Of a stretch of 64,000 bases of DNA, positions 39,835-50,134 are shown one piece after another; the stretch's first letter is position 1, and every line of letters starts with the position of its first letter. Made by a program: the position numbers and the translations under genes. The notes under the pieces were generated by a model. That model was given only the letters and a program-made list of their open reading frames with translations. It was not told the DNA's origin and did not search any database. The DNA lies in NCBI GenBank assembly GCA_964600985.1, contig CAZRJR010000001.1, positions 147,270-211,269 of the forward strand, given 5' to 3'. The DNA comes from an uncultured Candidatus Saccharibacteria bacterium (GTDB lineage Bacteria > Patescibacteriota > Saccharimonadia > CAILAD01 > JADZBC01).

Positions 39835-40626
39835 ATGAATTCAGGTTTTCTCACATTTGCAACCAAGGGCAAGGCCTTTCGCTCGGTCGGTACTCACCAG
39901 CGCTTTGACCGCGAGGCGTTTCGGCTACTATCCCCATTGGTTGATCATAAGCACTTCCCAAGGCGCAAAGACATCTTGCTGTTTGAGGGCGTAGGCGGCC
40001 CCGATGGCCTTAAGTTTAAAGGTAATTACAATACGAACCACCTATATGATCCGATTAACGAAATCGGTCAATTGCCGCTTTGGATCGAAAGTCACCTGGG
40101 TAATATGGCTCGAGCACTTAAGGATGGCGACATGGTCGAAGCCAGCTTTCATGCCGGGTGGATGGCCCACTATTTAACTGATAGCCTAACGCCTGCTCAC
40201 CATGTAAGTCATGATCTGATTGCTGCCGAGTATGAAGAAAAAAGTAAGACTCGTCAGCGCTGGCTGTACTGGGGTCGCAAAGGGCTTATGAGCTCACACG
40301 TTGCCTTCGAAGCGGGTATATCGACCACAATGTTTTTATCGCCAATCAAAGCTAATTTCGATACGGCTCTCTTTAAGCGCATGCAAAAAGACGGCTTAGC
40401 TGCTTGTGTAAAGGAAGAATCATACAAGATCGCCAAGCTCGGGATTTATGATCGTTACCTCAAGGTGGGTTGGAGTAATAAGTTGGCTCGTGAGATTAAG
40501 CTTTCGGTGGTGCCGCGCATACCGCAACTTATCTCAGCCGCATGGCTACTTGCGTACGAGCAGGCTGGCTATGCGCCGCGCGCTGTTTCAACCTCGGCGG
40601 CTCGTTCTCGTAAATCGATCGGATAG
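39835..40626 (+). CDS. Hypothetical protein with a His-rich HAGWMAHYLTDSLTPAHH segment. Possibly a zinc-dependent phospholipase C / P1-nuclease-like fold; uncertain.
   Basis: 263 aa with no TM. Its 3' end overlaps the convergent purF by about 58 nt. Confidence 0.45.
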   Translation: MNSGFLTFATKGKAFRSVGTHQRFDREAFRLLSPLVDHKHFPRRKDILLFEGVGGPDGLKFKGNYNTNHLYDPINEIGQLPLWIESHLGNMARALKDGDMVEASFHAGWMAHYLTDSLTPAHHVSHDLIAAEYEEKSKTRQRWLYWGRKGLMSSHVAFEAGISTTMFLSPIKANFDTALFKRMQKDGLAACVKEESYKIAKLGIYDRYLKVGWSNKLAREIKLSVVPRIPQLISAAWLLAYEQAGYAPRAVSTSAARSRKSIG

Positions 40627-41990
40627 TTACCGCTAAAACAAGCAGTGCAAAGCTGATCTTCTGGCACGCCAATTGCACGCACCATGCGTTCGTACGACAA
40701 AAACGCCAAGCTATCAGCACCAATAAGCTTGCGGACTTGCTCGACGGATTTTTTGACCGCAATTAATGCTGATTGATCGGGCGTGTCGATGCCGTAAAAG
40801 TCAGGGTATAGAATTGGTGGCGAGCTGACGCGCACGTGCACTTTGCCCACCTTGCAGTGGCGCAGCATGCGAATTATTTGCTTCATAGTGGTGCCACGCA
40901 CGATAGAATCATCAACGAGGATAATGTCTTTACCAGCTAGCGTACTCGCAAGTGGATTAAGCTTCATTTGTACGGCTCGCTCGCGCAAGGCTTGGCTGGG
41001 TTGAATGAACGTGCGATGAATGTAGCGGTTCTTTATAAGGCCGTGATCAAACGGGATCTTGCTAACCTCACTATACCCGAGTGCTGCCGGGATAGACGAG
41101 TCGGGTATAGGCACCACTAAATCAGCCTTAACGGGCACTTCGTGAGCAAGCTCAAAGCCGAGTCGACGCCGTACTTCATTGACGCTTTGGCCTAGCAGTA
41201 TGCTGTCGGGCCGGGCAAAGTAAATGTATTCAAACACCTCGAGCTTAAGGTTGGGTTTTTGGAGCTGGGTACTAGTTAAGCCATCTTGATTTATCGCGAT
41301 GAGTTCACCGGGCTTTACGTCACGCGTAAAGTGCGCCCCAACTATGTCGAGTGCGCAAGTTTCGGATGCCACCACATAGCCGTTCTTGAGTTTGCCGAGC
41401 GAAAGTGGGCGAATACCGCAGTGGTCGCGAAAGGCATATAGGCCGTCTTTGGCCAGAACCACAATCGAGAAGGCGCCAGTAAACAATGGCCAGGCAAGCT
41501 TAATTGCCTCAGCCGTGGTCCTACCCTGATACATGTAGTAGCGGATGGCATCGGCCATCATTTCTGAATCGTTGCTACCGCGCTTAAAGGTACCCTTGGC
41601 TTTTAAGAATTGCTCGAGGTCGGTATTAGAGGGTAGATTGCCATTATGAGCAAGAGCAATTAAGTCATCGCTACGTAGTACGGGTTGGGCATGCGTGTCG
41701 TGCTTGCCGCCCGAGGTCGCGTAGCGGTTGTGGCCAATTGCCACTTCGCCTGGTAGCTTTGCTAAGTTTGCTTCACTAAACACCTGCGCTACAAGTCCGG
41801 CTCCAATGTGTTTGTGAAATTCACCCTCGTCTTGCGACACTATACCCGAGCTTTCTTGGCCACGGTGCTGTAGGGCCGAGAGTGCAAAGTACGTGAGTCG
41901 CGCGGCCTCTTCACCCTTGCTATATACCCCAACCACACCACATTTTTCATGCAGTTTGTTTTGGTTTAGACCTTTGTGTTCATCCCTCAT
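40569..41990 (-). CDS. purF: Amidophosphoribosyltransferase.
   Basis: N-terminal nucleophile CGVVGV, class-II glutamine amidotransferase domain, PRTase motif LVDDSIVRGTT, C-terminal Cys cluster. 473 aa. Confidence 0.9.
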   Translation of the reverse strand: MRDEHKGLNQNKLHEKCGVVGVYSKGEEAARLTYFALSALQHRGQESSGIVSQDEGEFHKHIGAGLVAQVFSEANLAKLPGEVAIGHNRYATSGGKHDTHAQPVLRSDDLIALAHNGNLPSNTDLEQFLKAKGTFKRGSNDSEMMADAIRYYMYQGRTTAEAIKLAWPLFTGAFSIVVLAKDGLYAFRDHCGIRPLSLGKLKNGYVVASETCALDIVGAHFTRDVKPGELIAINQDGLTSTQLQKPNLKLEVFEYIYFARPDSILLGQSVNEVRRRLGFELAHEVPVKADLVVPIPDSSIPAALGYSEVSKIPFDHGLIKNRYIHRTFIQPSQALRERAVQMKLNPLASTLAGKDIILVDDSIVRGTTMKQIIRMLRHCKVGKVHVRVSSPPILYPDFYGIDTPDQSALIAVKKSVEQVRKLIGADSLAFLSYERMVRAIGVPEDQLCTACFSGNYPIDLRERAAEVETARGA

Positions 41991-42030
41991 TACTAGCTAT
42001 TATAGCCCGTGCCACTCTATAATGTGAACC

Positions 42031-42570
42031 ATGCTGCGAATAATTGCCGGTGCATATGCCCAAAAACGACTTGAATTACCGCCCGCCAACATTACTCGAC
42101 CAGTCAGTGAGAAGGCGCGTGGCGCGATCTTTAACATGCTGGATGATAGGATTGTTGGTGCCAAGGTACTCGATGTGTATGCGGGTAGCGGGGCGCTGGG
42201 ACTAGAGGCTTTAAGCCGGGGCGCTGCGTCTGTCGACTTTGTAGAAAAGAACGGTCGGGTATCTGGGGTGCTACAGAACAATGTGGCGGAGCTGGGCGCG
42301 GGTGAGCGTGCAGAGGTGTTTGTGCGCACAGTTGATCAGTTTCTGCGTCATATTAAGGCCGAGTATGACGTTGTGTTTATGGACCCGCCATATGCAGATT
42401 TTGACCCAACTATGGTCGAACGGGTAGGGAATTTGCTACAATACGGCGGTACCATGGTGGTAAGTACCTCGAGTAAGGTAGAATTTGCAGCGCCCAAAGG
42501 CCTAGAGATAGCCCGCCAGAAGGTGTATGGTGACAGTATGATCACTATTCTAGAGCGAACTGCAACTTAA
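42031..42570 (+). CDS. rsmD: 16S rRNA (guanine966-N2)-methyltransferase RsmD.
   Basis: LDVYAGSGALGLEALSRGA and DPPY motifs. 179 aa. Confidence 0.88.
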   Translation: MLRIIAGAYAQKRLELPPANITRPVSEKARGAIFNMLDDRIVGAKVLDVYAGSGALGLEALSRGAASVDFVEKNGRVSGVLQNNVAELGAGERAEVFVRTVDQFLRHIKAEYDVVFMDPPYADFDPTMVERVGNLLQYGGTMVVSTSSKVEFAAPKGLEIARQKVYGDSMITILERTAT

Positions 42571-42579
42571 GTACAATGC

Positions 42580-42666
42580 GCGGATGTGGTGGAATTGGTA
42601 GACACGCTAGCCTTAGGAGCTAGTGAGGTAACACTCGTGAAGGTTCGAGTCCTTTCATCCGCACCA
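42580..42666 (+). tRNA. tRNA-Leu (anticodon TAG), type II. CCA is encoded.
   Basis: GCGGATGTGGTGGAATTGGTAGACACGCTAGCCTTAGGAGCTAG...GAAGGTTCGAGTCCTTTCATCCGCACCA. Confidence 0.88.
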
Positions 42667-42744
42667 ACAGAAATTATTTGTTGCATTTTTAACTAATGCG
42701 GCGTATATTCTCCTCATCGGGCTCCTGATGAAGGGTTTTGAAAA

Positions 42745-43089
42745 ATGAGTACTAACGAGCAAGCTATAGAAGTCTGCAATCTACCTGCGCTTCGCAGGCA
42801 TCAAGCGCATGAAGAAGCACTTAAGGCGGTAAAGGCAAAGCTTGGTCGTGAGCTCTTTGGCGACGAAGTATCGGCGGTGTCGGCTGCTGTTTCTGCAACG
42901 CTTGAGGTCTTGGAGCGCAACACAGAACGAGTAATGCTGTGTCCCGAGTGCTATCGCATGCTGGACTGCACCGACGGTCGTCATGCAATATGTGCTGAAC
43001 ATGGGAGTGTAACGGTTACACAATACTTCCCCGGAGCGGTAAAGACAAATGCCAAGCTGGCAGTAATCTTTGAGCCGCTAGGTGGATAA
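42745..43089 (+). CDS. Hypothetical small protein with an N-terminal helical region and a C-terminal Cys/His cluster (zinc-ribbon). Possibly DksA/TraR-like.
   Basis: 114 aa with CPECYRMLDCTDGRHAICAEHG. The spacing differs from the canonical DksA CxxC-x17-CxxC, so family assignment is tentative. Confidence 0.45.
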   Translation: MSTNEQAIEVCNLPALRRHQAHEEALKAVKAKLGRELFGDEVSAVSAAVSATLEVLERNTERVMLCPECYRMLDCTDGRHAICAEHGSVTVTQYFPGAVKTNAKLAVIFEPLGG

Positions 43090-43205
43090 TCGGTAGCGCT
43101 ACCTCAAGCCAATCATTAGGACTACCTCGAAAGGGGTGGTCCTCTTTCGTTATAAGGGTTTATCGCCCTGTTCAATCTGGCTACTTTCTGCTAAGATAGG
43201 AAACT

Positions 43206-44489
43206 ATGATTAAACATGAAACAATTTCCAATAAAAATTCACAAGTTGAAATCAAAGTGGAGCTTTCGGCTGATTACCTAGCACACGTAAAGCAAACGGT
43301 CGTAAGTCGTATGAAAACCGGTGTAAAAGTTGCTGGGTTTCGCCCTGGTAAGGCCCCCGATAATATAGTAGAGCGCCACTTGGATCAGAACCAACTACAG
43401 TCCGAAGTGATCGAGGCTGCTGTGGCGCGTTCGTATGCCGACGCGGTGGTAGCAGAAAAACTAGAGACCATTGCGGCGCCCAAGGTAGAGTTAAAGAAGT
43501 TCGTGCCATATAGCGAGCTAGAGTACACGGCTACTGCTGCAATTATGCCAAAGATTGAGTTTGATCCTAGCAAGCTCAAAGTAAAAACTACCGATGTTAA
43601 AGTAGAGGCTAAAGACGTGGACGATACAATCGAAGGCCTGCGCAAGCAGATGGCTAGCGAAAAGTCTGGCAAAGGTCCAGCCAAACTAGGCGACAAAGTT
43701 AAGATCGACTTTGAAGGAAGTCGCGAGGGCAAGCCAGTAGAGGGCGCTACTGGTACCAATAGTGAGCTAACACTGGGCGAAGGTAGGTTTATACCAGGGT
43801 TCGAAGACAACATAGTTGGGCTCAAAGTAGGTGATGAAAAGGAATTTGAGCTAACCTTCCCTAAGGACTACCATGCAAAGGAGTTGGCAGGCGCCAAGGT
43901 GGTATTTAAGGTAAAGCTCGGTGAGCTAACGATAGTAGAGCTACCAAAGGCCGACGATGAATTTGCTAAAGCGGTGGGGGACTTTGGTACGTTGGCTGAG
44001 CTGCGCAAGGACGTAGAGGCCAAGATTAAACTCCAAAAGGCCGATCAAGCCCAGCAAGAATACGAACAGCAGGTTATGGCCGAAGCACTTAAGTTGGCTA
44101 AAATCCAAGTAGCTCCGCTCCTGATCGACGAACAGAAGCATCGCTTGCAGCATGAGGTAGAAGAGAACTTGCAGCAAAGTGGGCTGGATGTAGAAAAATA
44201 CCTTACGGTGAGTGGCAAGGCACGCGAAGAGTTTGAGCGCGAGCTCGACGAGGAAGCTAGTAAGCGTGTAGCCACAGGACTACTGATTCGCCATATAGTT
44301 GAGCAGAATAATCTAGAGGTAAGCGACGAAGAGGTCGATAAAGAACTCCAGCTTATGCGTACCCGATACACCGACAAGCATATGCAAGAGGAAATGTCGC
44401 ACGGACACTTCCGCGACGACTTAGCACAGCATTTGCTTGCTACCAAAGCTCGTCAGCTCTTGGTACAATATGCTTCAGACAAGAAGTAG
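43206..44489 (+). CDS. tig: Trigger factor.
   Basis: N-terminal ribosome-binding domain, FKBP-type PPIase domain (GFRPGKAP...), C-terminal chaperone domain. 427 aa. Confidence 0.92.
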   Translation: MIKHETISNKNSQVEIKVELSADYLAHVKQTVVSRMKTGVKVAGFRPGKAPDNIVERHLDQNQLQSEVIEAAVARSYADAVVAEKLETIAAPKVELKKFVPYSELEYTATAAIMPKIEFDPSKLKVKTTDVKVEAKDVDDTIEGLRKQMASEKSGKGPAKLGDKVKIDFEGSREGKPVEGATGTNSELTLGEGRFIPGFEDNIVGLKVGDEKEFELTFPKDYHAKELAGAKVVFKVKLGELTIVELPKADDEFAKAVGDFGTLAELRKDVEAKIKLQKADQAQQEYEQQVMAEALKLAKIQVAPLLIDEQKHRLQHEVEENLQQSGLDVEKYLTVSGKAREEFERELDEEASKRVATGLLIRHIVEQNNLEVSDEEVDKELQLMRTRYTDKHMQEEMSHGHFRDDLAQHLLATKARQLLVQYASDKK

Positions 44490-44508
44490 TTAAACGGAGA
44501 ACTATTAT

Positions 44509-45093
44509 ATGCTTATTCCAACAGTGATTGAAAAGTCAGCCACGGGTGAGCGTGCCTACGATATTTACTCAAGGTTACTCAAGGATCGCATTATATTCTT
44601 AGGTAGCGCCATCGACGACGACGTAGCAAATATAGTTATTGCCCAAATGTTGTTCTTGCAGAGCGAGGACGCTCATGAAGACATAAAGCTCTACATTAAT
44701 TCGCCAGGTGGTAGCGTCTCGGCCGGCCTAGCCATGTACGACACCATGCAGCACATTAAGCCAGATGTATCTACGATTGTGGTCGGTATGGCTGCGAGTA
44801 TGGCCGCGGTGCTAACTGCCGCTGGCGCCAAAGGTAAACGATTTATACTACCAAATTCTCGCGTTATGATTCACCAGGGTTCAGCTGGATTCTCGGGTAC
44901 GCCAAGTGATATCGAAATTACTGCCAAAGAAGTTCTAAAAAGCCGTCAAAAACTCGATCAGCTTCTAAGCAAGCATACCGGGCAGACGCTTGCAAAAGTC
45001 ACCAAAGATACGGATCGGGATTACTGGATGAGTGCCGATGAAGCGAAAGCTTATGGCGTGGTTGACAGTGTACTAACAAGCACCGACAAGTAA
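44509..45093 (+). CDS. clpP: ATP-dependent Clp protease proteolytic subunit.
   Basis: Ser-His-Asp triad context ([12 protein letters not shown]). 194 aa. RBS ggagaa. Confidence 0.93.
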   Translation: MLIPTVIEKSATGERAYDIYSRLLKDRIIFLGSAIDDDVANIVIAQMLFLQSEDAHEDIKLYINSPGGSVSAGLAMYDTMQHIKPDVSTIVVGMAASMAAVLTAAGAKGKRFILPNSRVMIHQGSAGFSGTPSDIEITAKEVLKSRQKLDQLLSKHTGQTLAKVTKDTDRDYWMSADEAKAYGVVDSVLTSTDK

Positions 45094-45106
45094 ACGGCAC
45101 AAGCTG

Positions 45107-46354
45107 GTGGGGTACCGTAGCTTACTACGAAACTCAAACTTCGATAAGCTGTGGGGTGCGCAGCTGTTCTCGCAACTAGCTGCCAACATTCTCAACTTTG
45201 CCTTGGTTATACGTGTGTACGAGCTAGCGGCCGGTACACGCTACGCTAACATTGCAGTAAGTCTGCTCATTCTTTCATTTGGCATTCCGTCGATATTTTT
45301 TGCCGTGTTTGCCGGGGCATTGATTGACCACCTTGACCGTAAAAAGGTCCTCGTACTCACCAACATCCTTAGGGCTGGTTTGGTGCTATGCTTTTTTGCC
45401 GTCGAGAAGAACTTATTATTGGTGTACGGACTTATATTTGTCATCTCTACCATTACCCAGTTTTTTGTACCAGCCGAAGGCTCGGCATTACCAAATTTAG
45501 TAAAGAAGAATGGCTTAGTATCCGCTAACTCGTTGTTTTTATTTACACTCTATGGCTCGTTCATAGTTGGGTACTCTATGGCCGGACCGATCATCGGTAA
45601 GTGGGGGATAGAGACGGTGTACTGGATTACCTCTGCCTGTTTCTTAATCGCCGCGCTTTTAAGCGCATGGTTGCCGTCATTGCGAGCGGTCGACAAGCGC
45701 GACGTATCGATCTTTGCAGTCGCCAGGCAGGTAACACATGGTTTGCGCCAGAACTTGCGCAATATTTATCGTGACAAGAAGTTACTCTTCCCAATCTTAC
45801 AGCTCACTATTGCACAGGGTTTAACCAATGTAATAATCGTGCTAGCGCCATCACTCTCGCTCTTAGTACTCGGCAAAAGTTTAAGTAATGCTAGTGAGGT
45901 GTTAATAGTGCCGGCTGGCATAGGCATGGTGGCTGGAGCAGTGCTGATCGGTCACTTTCTAAAGAATAAAAACCAAGCACGACTTATTGAAATAGGCTTA
46001 CTTTTGGCGGCTACGTGTTTATTCGCCCTCGGTATGATTAAGAAGTTCCCTCAGAATAATATTGCGCTCCTTGTAGCTATCTTGGTTCTCGCTCTGGGCT
46101 TCGCTAACGCACTGGTGAGCGTTTCGGCTCAAACACTCCTCCAGCTTAATAGTAGCGAAGAGACTCGAGGTAAGATTTTTGGCGCCCTTAATATGATGGT
46201 GAATGTTGCCGCCACCGTGCCAGTTTTGTTGGCAGGGGTAACGGCAGATTTGGTGTCACCACTAAGCGTGCTGGTGGTGGTCGCCGCACTGATTATGCTC
46301 TATCTGGTTTTTCAGCGTCGTACATTCGCCAAAATAGAAGCAAAAAACCCTTGA
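45107..46354 (+). CDS. MFS transporter.
   Basis: 415 aa with about 12 TM segments and a GR/K-type loop motif between TM2 and TM3. Confidence 0.75.
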   Translation: MGYRSLLRNSNFDKLWGAQLFSQLAANILNFALVIRVYELAAGTRYANIAVSLLILSFGIPSIFFAVFAGALIDHLDRKKVLVLTNILRAGLVLCFFAVEKNLLLVYGLIFVISTITQFFVPAEGSALPNLVKKNGLVSANSLFLFTLYGSFIVGYSMAGPIIGKWGIETVYWITSACFLIAALLSAWLPSLRAVDKRDVSIFAVARQVTHGLRQNLRNIYRDKKLLFPILQLTIAQGLTNVIIVLAPSLSLLVLGKSLSNASEVLIVPAGIGMVAGAVLIGHFLKNKNQARLIEIGLLLAATCLFALGMIKKFPQNNIALLVAILVLALGFANALVSVSAQTLLQLNSSEETRGKIFGALNMMVNVAATVPVLLAGVTADLVSPLSVLVVVAALIMLYLVFQRRTFAKIEAKNP

Positions 46355-46587
46355 CAAACTCCTCGCTACTCCTATACGATTAACTGTAAGAGGATGCTTA
46401 AACGAGAATACCGGAATAGCCATAAATCCTAAATAGGTCGGCCTGCCGGTTTTTTGTCGGTTTAGAAAAACCTTCTTTATCACGTTTTTATTTACGTAAC
46501 ATCAAAGTCTTCCTATATTGCACCTGAGCGGTTTATGGCTGTTCGGAGTAGTGTGTGCGAGGCTATAACCTAGGAGAATGTGTTTCT

Positions 46588-49500
46588 ATGCCCCAAAAAG
46601 CAGCAGCAAGCCGTATTTATTTAAACGAGAATAAAGAAGTACTACCGTTACCGAATCTCATAGACATCCAGACCGAATCATATGATTGGTTTGTGCGCGA
46701 AGGTCTCACCGAGCTCTTTAACGAAGTTTCGCCTGTACAGGACTTTACTGGCAAGAAGTTTGATCTTTACTTTAAAGATCACTTCTTCGAGGAGCCAAAA
46801 CTGAGCGAAGAGCAGGCTAAGGAAAAGAACCTGTCGTACGAGGCATCATTGCGGGCCAACATTGAGCTCGTAATTAAAGAAACCGGTGAGGTGCGCACCC
46901 AAGAAATCTTCCTCGGTGACTTCCCGATTATGACGGATCGCGGTACGTTTATTATTAATGGTGTAGAGCGTGTAGTTGTGTCACAGTTGGTACGTAGCCC
47001 GGGCGTGTTCTTTACTCGTGCTGACTCGGGGCTCAATGAATACTTCGGCGCTAAGATTATCCCAAGTCGGGGCGCGTGGCTAGAAATTGAAACTGCCCTT
47101 AATGGCGTTATGACCGTAAAGATTGACCGTAAGCGCAAGCTGCCGGTTACTACGTTGTTGCGTGCTTTTGGTTTTGGCACGGACGAAGAGCTCAAGCAGC
47201 TCTTTGCTCATGTTGATACCGGCGATGTTAAATTCATTGACGAAACGATTGCAAAGGATTCATCGAAGACCACGGCTGAAGCATTGATGGAAGTATACCG
47301 ACGCATTCGCCCAGGTGACCTGGCTACTGTTGAAAACTCCAAGAGCCTGATCGATAGTATGTTCTTCGACTTTAAGCGCTATGATTTCTCTAAAGTCGGT
47401 CGCTACAAGCTCAATAAGCGCCTTGGCCTCGACGTGCCAAACACACCAGAAAATCGCGTTTTACGACGTGAGGATCTAATTGCGATTATCGCTGAGACTA
47501 TCCGTATGTCGAACGCTGGCGAAATGAGCGAGGACATTGACCACTTGGCAAACCGCCGTCTTAAGATGGTGGGCGAACAAATCCAGCAGCGCTTCCGCTT
47601 AGGTATTCTCCGTATGGAGCGAATTATTAAGGACCGCATGGGTGTGGCCGACATCGAAAATGTAGCACCCGGCCAACTTATTAACGTGCGACCAATTGTA
47701 GCGAGCGTAAAAGAGTTCTATGCCTCTCACCAACTTTCGCAGTTTATGGAGCAGATTAACCCACTCGCAGAGCTTGTACATAAACGTCGATTAAATGCGA
47801 TGGGGCCAGGTGGCTTGAGCCGCGAGCGAGCTGGCTTCGAAGTGCGTGATGTGCACCGAACTCACTACGGTCGTATATGCCCCATCGAAACTCCAGAAGG
47901 TCCAAACATCGGTTTGGTTTCTACGTTGGCATCGTATGCCAAAGTAAACGAGTACGGCTTCATTGAAACTCCTTACATCAAGGTAATTAATGCAGCAGAG
48001 CCTACCAAAGCAGCTGGTGAAATTGCCAGCGCCAATGTAAAAGATGCTAAAGGCACCATACTGGTTAAAAAGGGCGAGAAGATTACCGACGCTATCGCTA
48101 AGAAACTAACCAAGGCCGGTATCGAATCAGTTCCCGTAAAGGCTCGCTTAACCAACGAGGTAGTTTATCTAGATGCCGCTGACGAAGAAAAGTGCGTAAT
48201 TACTCAGGCCAATACCCCAACTGACGAGAATGGTTACTTTATTAAGTCTCGTTTGTCGGTACGTGGTGTAAACGGCGAGGCCGATGAAGAAGACGCTAAC
48301 AATGTGCAATATATGGATGTATCCTCCAAGCAGACCGTGAGTGTTTCGACCGCGTTGATTCCATTCTTGGATCACGACGACCCTAAGCGTGCACTGATGG
48401 GTGCTAACATGCAACGCCAGGCTGTAGCAGTAGTTCGTCCGCAAGCACCAGTAGTGGGTACCGGAATCGAAGCTAAGGCAGCGGTTGATTCAGGCCAAGT
48501 TATTCTTGCTGAGCAAGACGGTGAAGTGGTTGGTTCTACGGCTCAAGAGATTACCGTAAGCTACAAAAAGGGCGAGAAAAAAACCTATAAGCTTACCAAC
48601 TTTGTACGCTCAAATGCTGGTGCAGCCATTCACCAACGCGCAGCGGTGTTGGCCGGCCAAAAGGTTAAAAAGGGCGATGTGTTGGCAGACGGTATGAGTA
48701 CTGTAAACGGTGAGCTAGCACTTGGTCAGAACGTGCTGGTTGCCTTCATGCCATTCGACGGTTACAACTACGAAGACGCCATCATCCTCTCTCAGCGTTT
48801 AGTGCAAGATGATCGCTACACCTCGATTCACATTGAAGATCACCAGATCGACGTGCGGGACACAAAGCTCGGGCCAGAGGTCGTCACGCGTGATATCGCC
48901 AATGTGAGCGAAGAATCACTCAAGGACCTCGATGAAAACGGTATTGTGCGAATTGGCGCCGAAGTAGTGGCAGGCGACATATTAGTCGGTAAAATTACGC
49001 CAAAGGGTGAAACTGATCTGTCGAGCGAAGAGCGGCTCTTGCGCGCGATCTTTGGTGAAAAGGCTCGCGATGTAAAGGACACCAGCCTAACCATGCCAAA
49101 CGGTTCATCTGGCAAGGTAGTAGGCATAAAGATTCTTTCCAAAGAGAATGGTGACGACCTGCCAAGCGGTGTATTGCAGCAGATTTATGTATCGGTAGCA
49201 GAGCTACGCAAGATATCGGTGGGTGACAAAATGGCTGGTCGACACGGGGACAAGGGAGTGATCTCACGCGTACTACCAGTCGAGGATATGCCATACACCG
49301 AGGATGGCACACCGGTCGACATTATACTCAACACACTTGGTGTGGGTACGCGAATGAACTTAGGGCAGATTCTCGAAACACACCTTGGCTGGGCTGCCAA
49401 CGCACTTGGCTACAGCGTAGCTACACCGGTATTTGATGGCGTAACCATCGATCAAATAAAAGGCGAACTCAAAAAAGCCGGCTTGCCAGAAGACGGTAAA

Positions 49501-50133
49501 GCTCAGCTCTATCACGGATTTAGTGGCGAGCCGTTTGACCAAAAGACAACCATTGGCTATAAGTACATGCTCAAGTTACACCACATGGTAGACGACAAGA
49601 TCCACGCGCGATCCACTGGTCCATACGCTATGGTCACTCAGCAGCCGCTTGGTGGTAAGGCGCAAATGGGCGGTCAGCGTTTCGGTGAAATGGAAGTGTG
49701 GGCACTCGAGGCCTATGGCGCCGCCAATACCTTGCAAGAAATGCTTACCATTAAGTCCGACGATGTAATTGGCCGATCCAAGGCTTACGAATCGATCATT
49801 AAGGACGAAGCCATTAAGGGCTCACGCATTCCAGAATCATTCAATGTGCTCGTGAAGGAACTGCAGAGTCTTACGCTGGCAGTTGACTTAGAGAAGGCCG
49901 CAGGCTTAGAAATTGATGCCGAAGACGCTCTGGCCATTGCTACCGATGACGAAGCACTCGACCTTGGTGACACCGAGCTGATCGTAGGGGACGCAGCGGC
50001 AGAAGTTGCGGGTGATGCAGTGGTTGACTTAGATGGCGCAGACGAAGAAAGTTTCGAGGTGCTTGCGCAAGTAGCCGAAGAAATGGGGCCAGATGAGGAA
50101 GAACTAAAACAAGTGGAAGGAGAGGAGGTCTAG
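46588..50133 (+). CDS. rpoB: DNA-directed RNA polymerase beta subunit with an acidic C-terminal tail.
   Basis: Full-length RpoB homology. RBS aggaga lies 9 nt upstream of ATG 46588; the 46555 start of the ORF track adds an unsupported 11 aa. C-terminal [16 protein letters not shown]...[12 protein letters not shown]. Confidence 0.95.
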   Translation: MPQKAAASRIYLNENKEVLPLPNLIDIQTESYDWFVREGLTELFNEVSPVQDFTGKKFDLYFKDHFFEEPKLSEEQAKEKNLSYEASLRANIELVIKETGEVRTQEIFLGDFPIMTDRGTFIINGVERVVVSQLVRSPGVFFTRADSGLNEYFGAKIIPSRGAWLEIETALNGVMTVKIDRKRKLPVTTLLRAFGFGTDEELKQLFAHVDTGDVKFIDETIAKDSSKTTAEALMEVYRRIRPGDLATVENSKSLIDSMFFDFKRYDFSKVGRYKLNKRLGLDVPNTPENRVLRREDLIAIIAETIRMSNAGEMSEDIDHLANRRLKMVGEQIQQRFRLGILRMERIIKDRMGVADIENVAPGQLINVRPIVASVKEFYASHQLSQFMEQINPLAELVHKRRLNAMGPGGLSRERAGFEVRDVHRTHYGRICPIETPEGPNIGLVSTLASYAKVNEYGFIETPYIKVINAAEPTKAAGEIASANVKDAKGTILVKKGEKITDAIAKKLTKAGIESVPVKARLTNEVVYLDAADEEKCVITQANTPTDENGYFIKSRLSVRGVNGEADEEDANNVQYMDVSSKQTVSVSTALIPFLDHDDPKRALMGANMQRQAVAVVRPQAPVVGTGIEAKAAVDSGQVILAEQDGEVVGSTAQEITVSYKKGEKKTYKLTNFVRSNAGAAIHQRAAVLAGQKVKKGDVLADGMSTVNGELALGQNVLVAFMPFDGYNYEDAIILSQRLVQDDRYTSIHIEDHQIDVRDTKLGPEVVTRDIANVSEESLKDLDENGIVRIGAEVVAGDILVGKITPKGETDLSSEERLLRAIFGEKARDVKDTSLTMPNGSSGKVVGIKILSKENGDDLPSGVLQQIYVSVAELRKISVGDKMAGRHGDKGVISRVLPVEDMPYTEDGTPVDIILNTLGVGTRMNLGQILETHLGWAANALGYSVATPVFDGVTIDQIKGELKKAGLPEDGKAQLYHGFSGEPFDQKTTIGYKYMLKLHHMVDDKIHARSTGPYAMVTQQPLGGKAQMGGQRFGEMEVWALEAYGAANTLQEMLTIKSDDVIGRSKAYESIIKDEAIKGSRIPESFNVLVKELQSLTLAVDLEKAAGLEIDAEDALAIATDDEALDLGDTELIVGDAAAEVAGDAVVDLDGADEESFEVLAQVAEEMGPDEEELKQVEGEEV

Positions 50134-50134
50134 A

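Noticed and set aside
46355-46587. Possible structured leader or L10-type autoregulatory element upstream of rpoB.
   Set aside because: The 5' region has a plausible TTGACA promoter but no convincing conserved hairpin. rplKAJL are not present upstream, since an MFS transporter precedes rpoB, so an L10 leader is not expected here.
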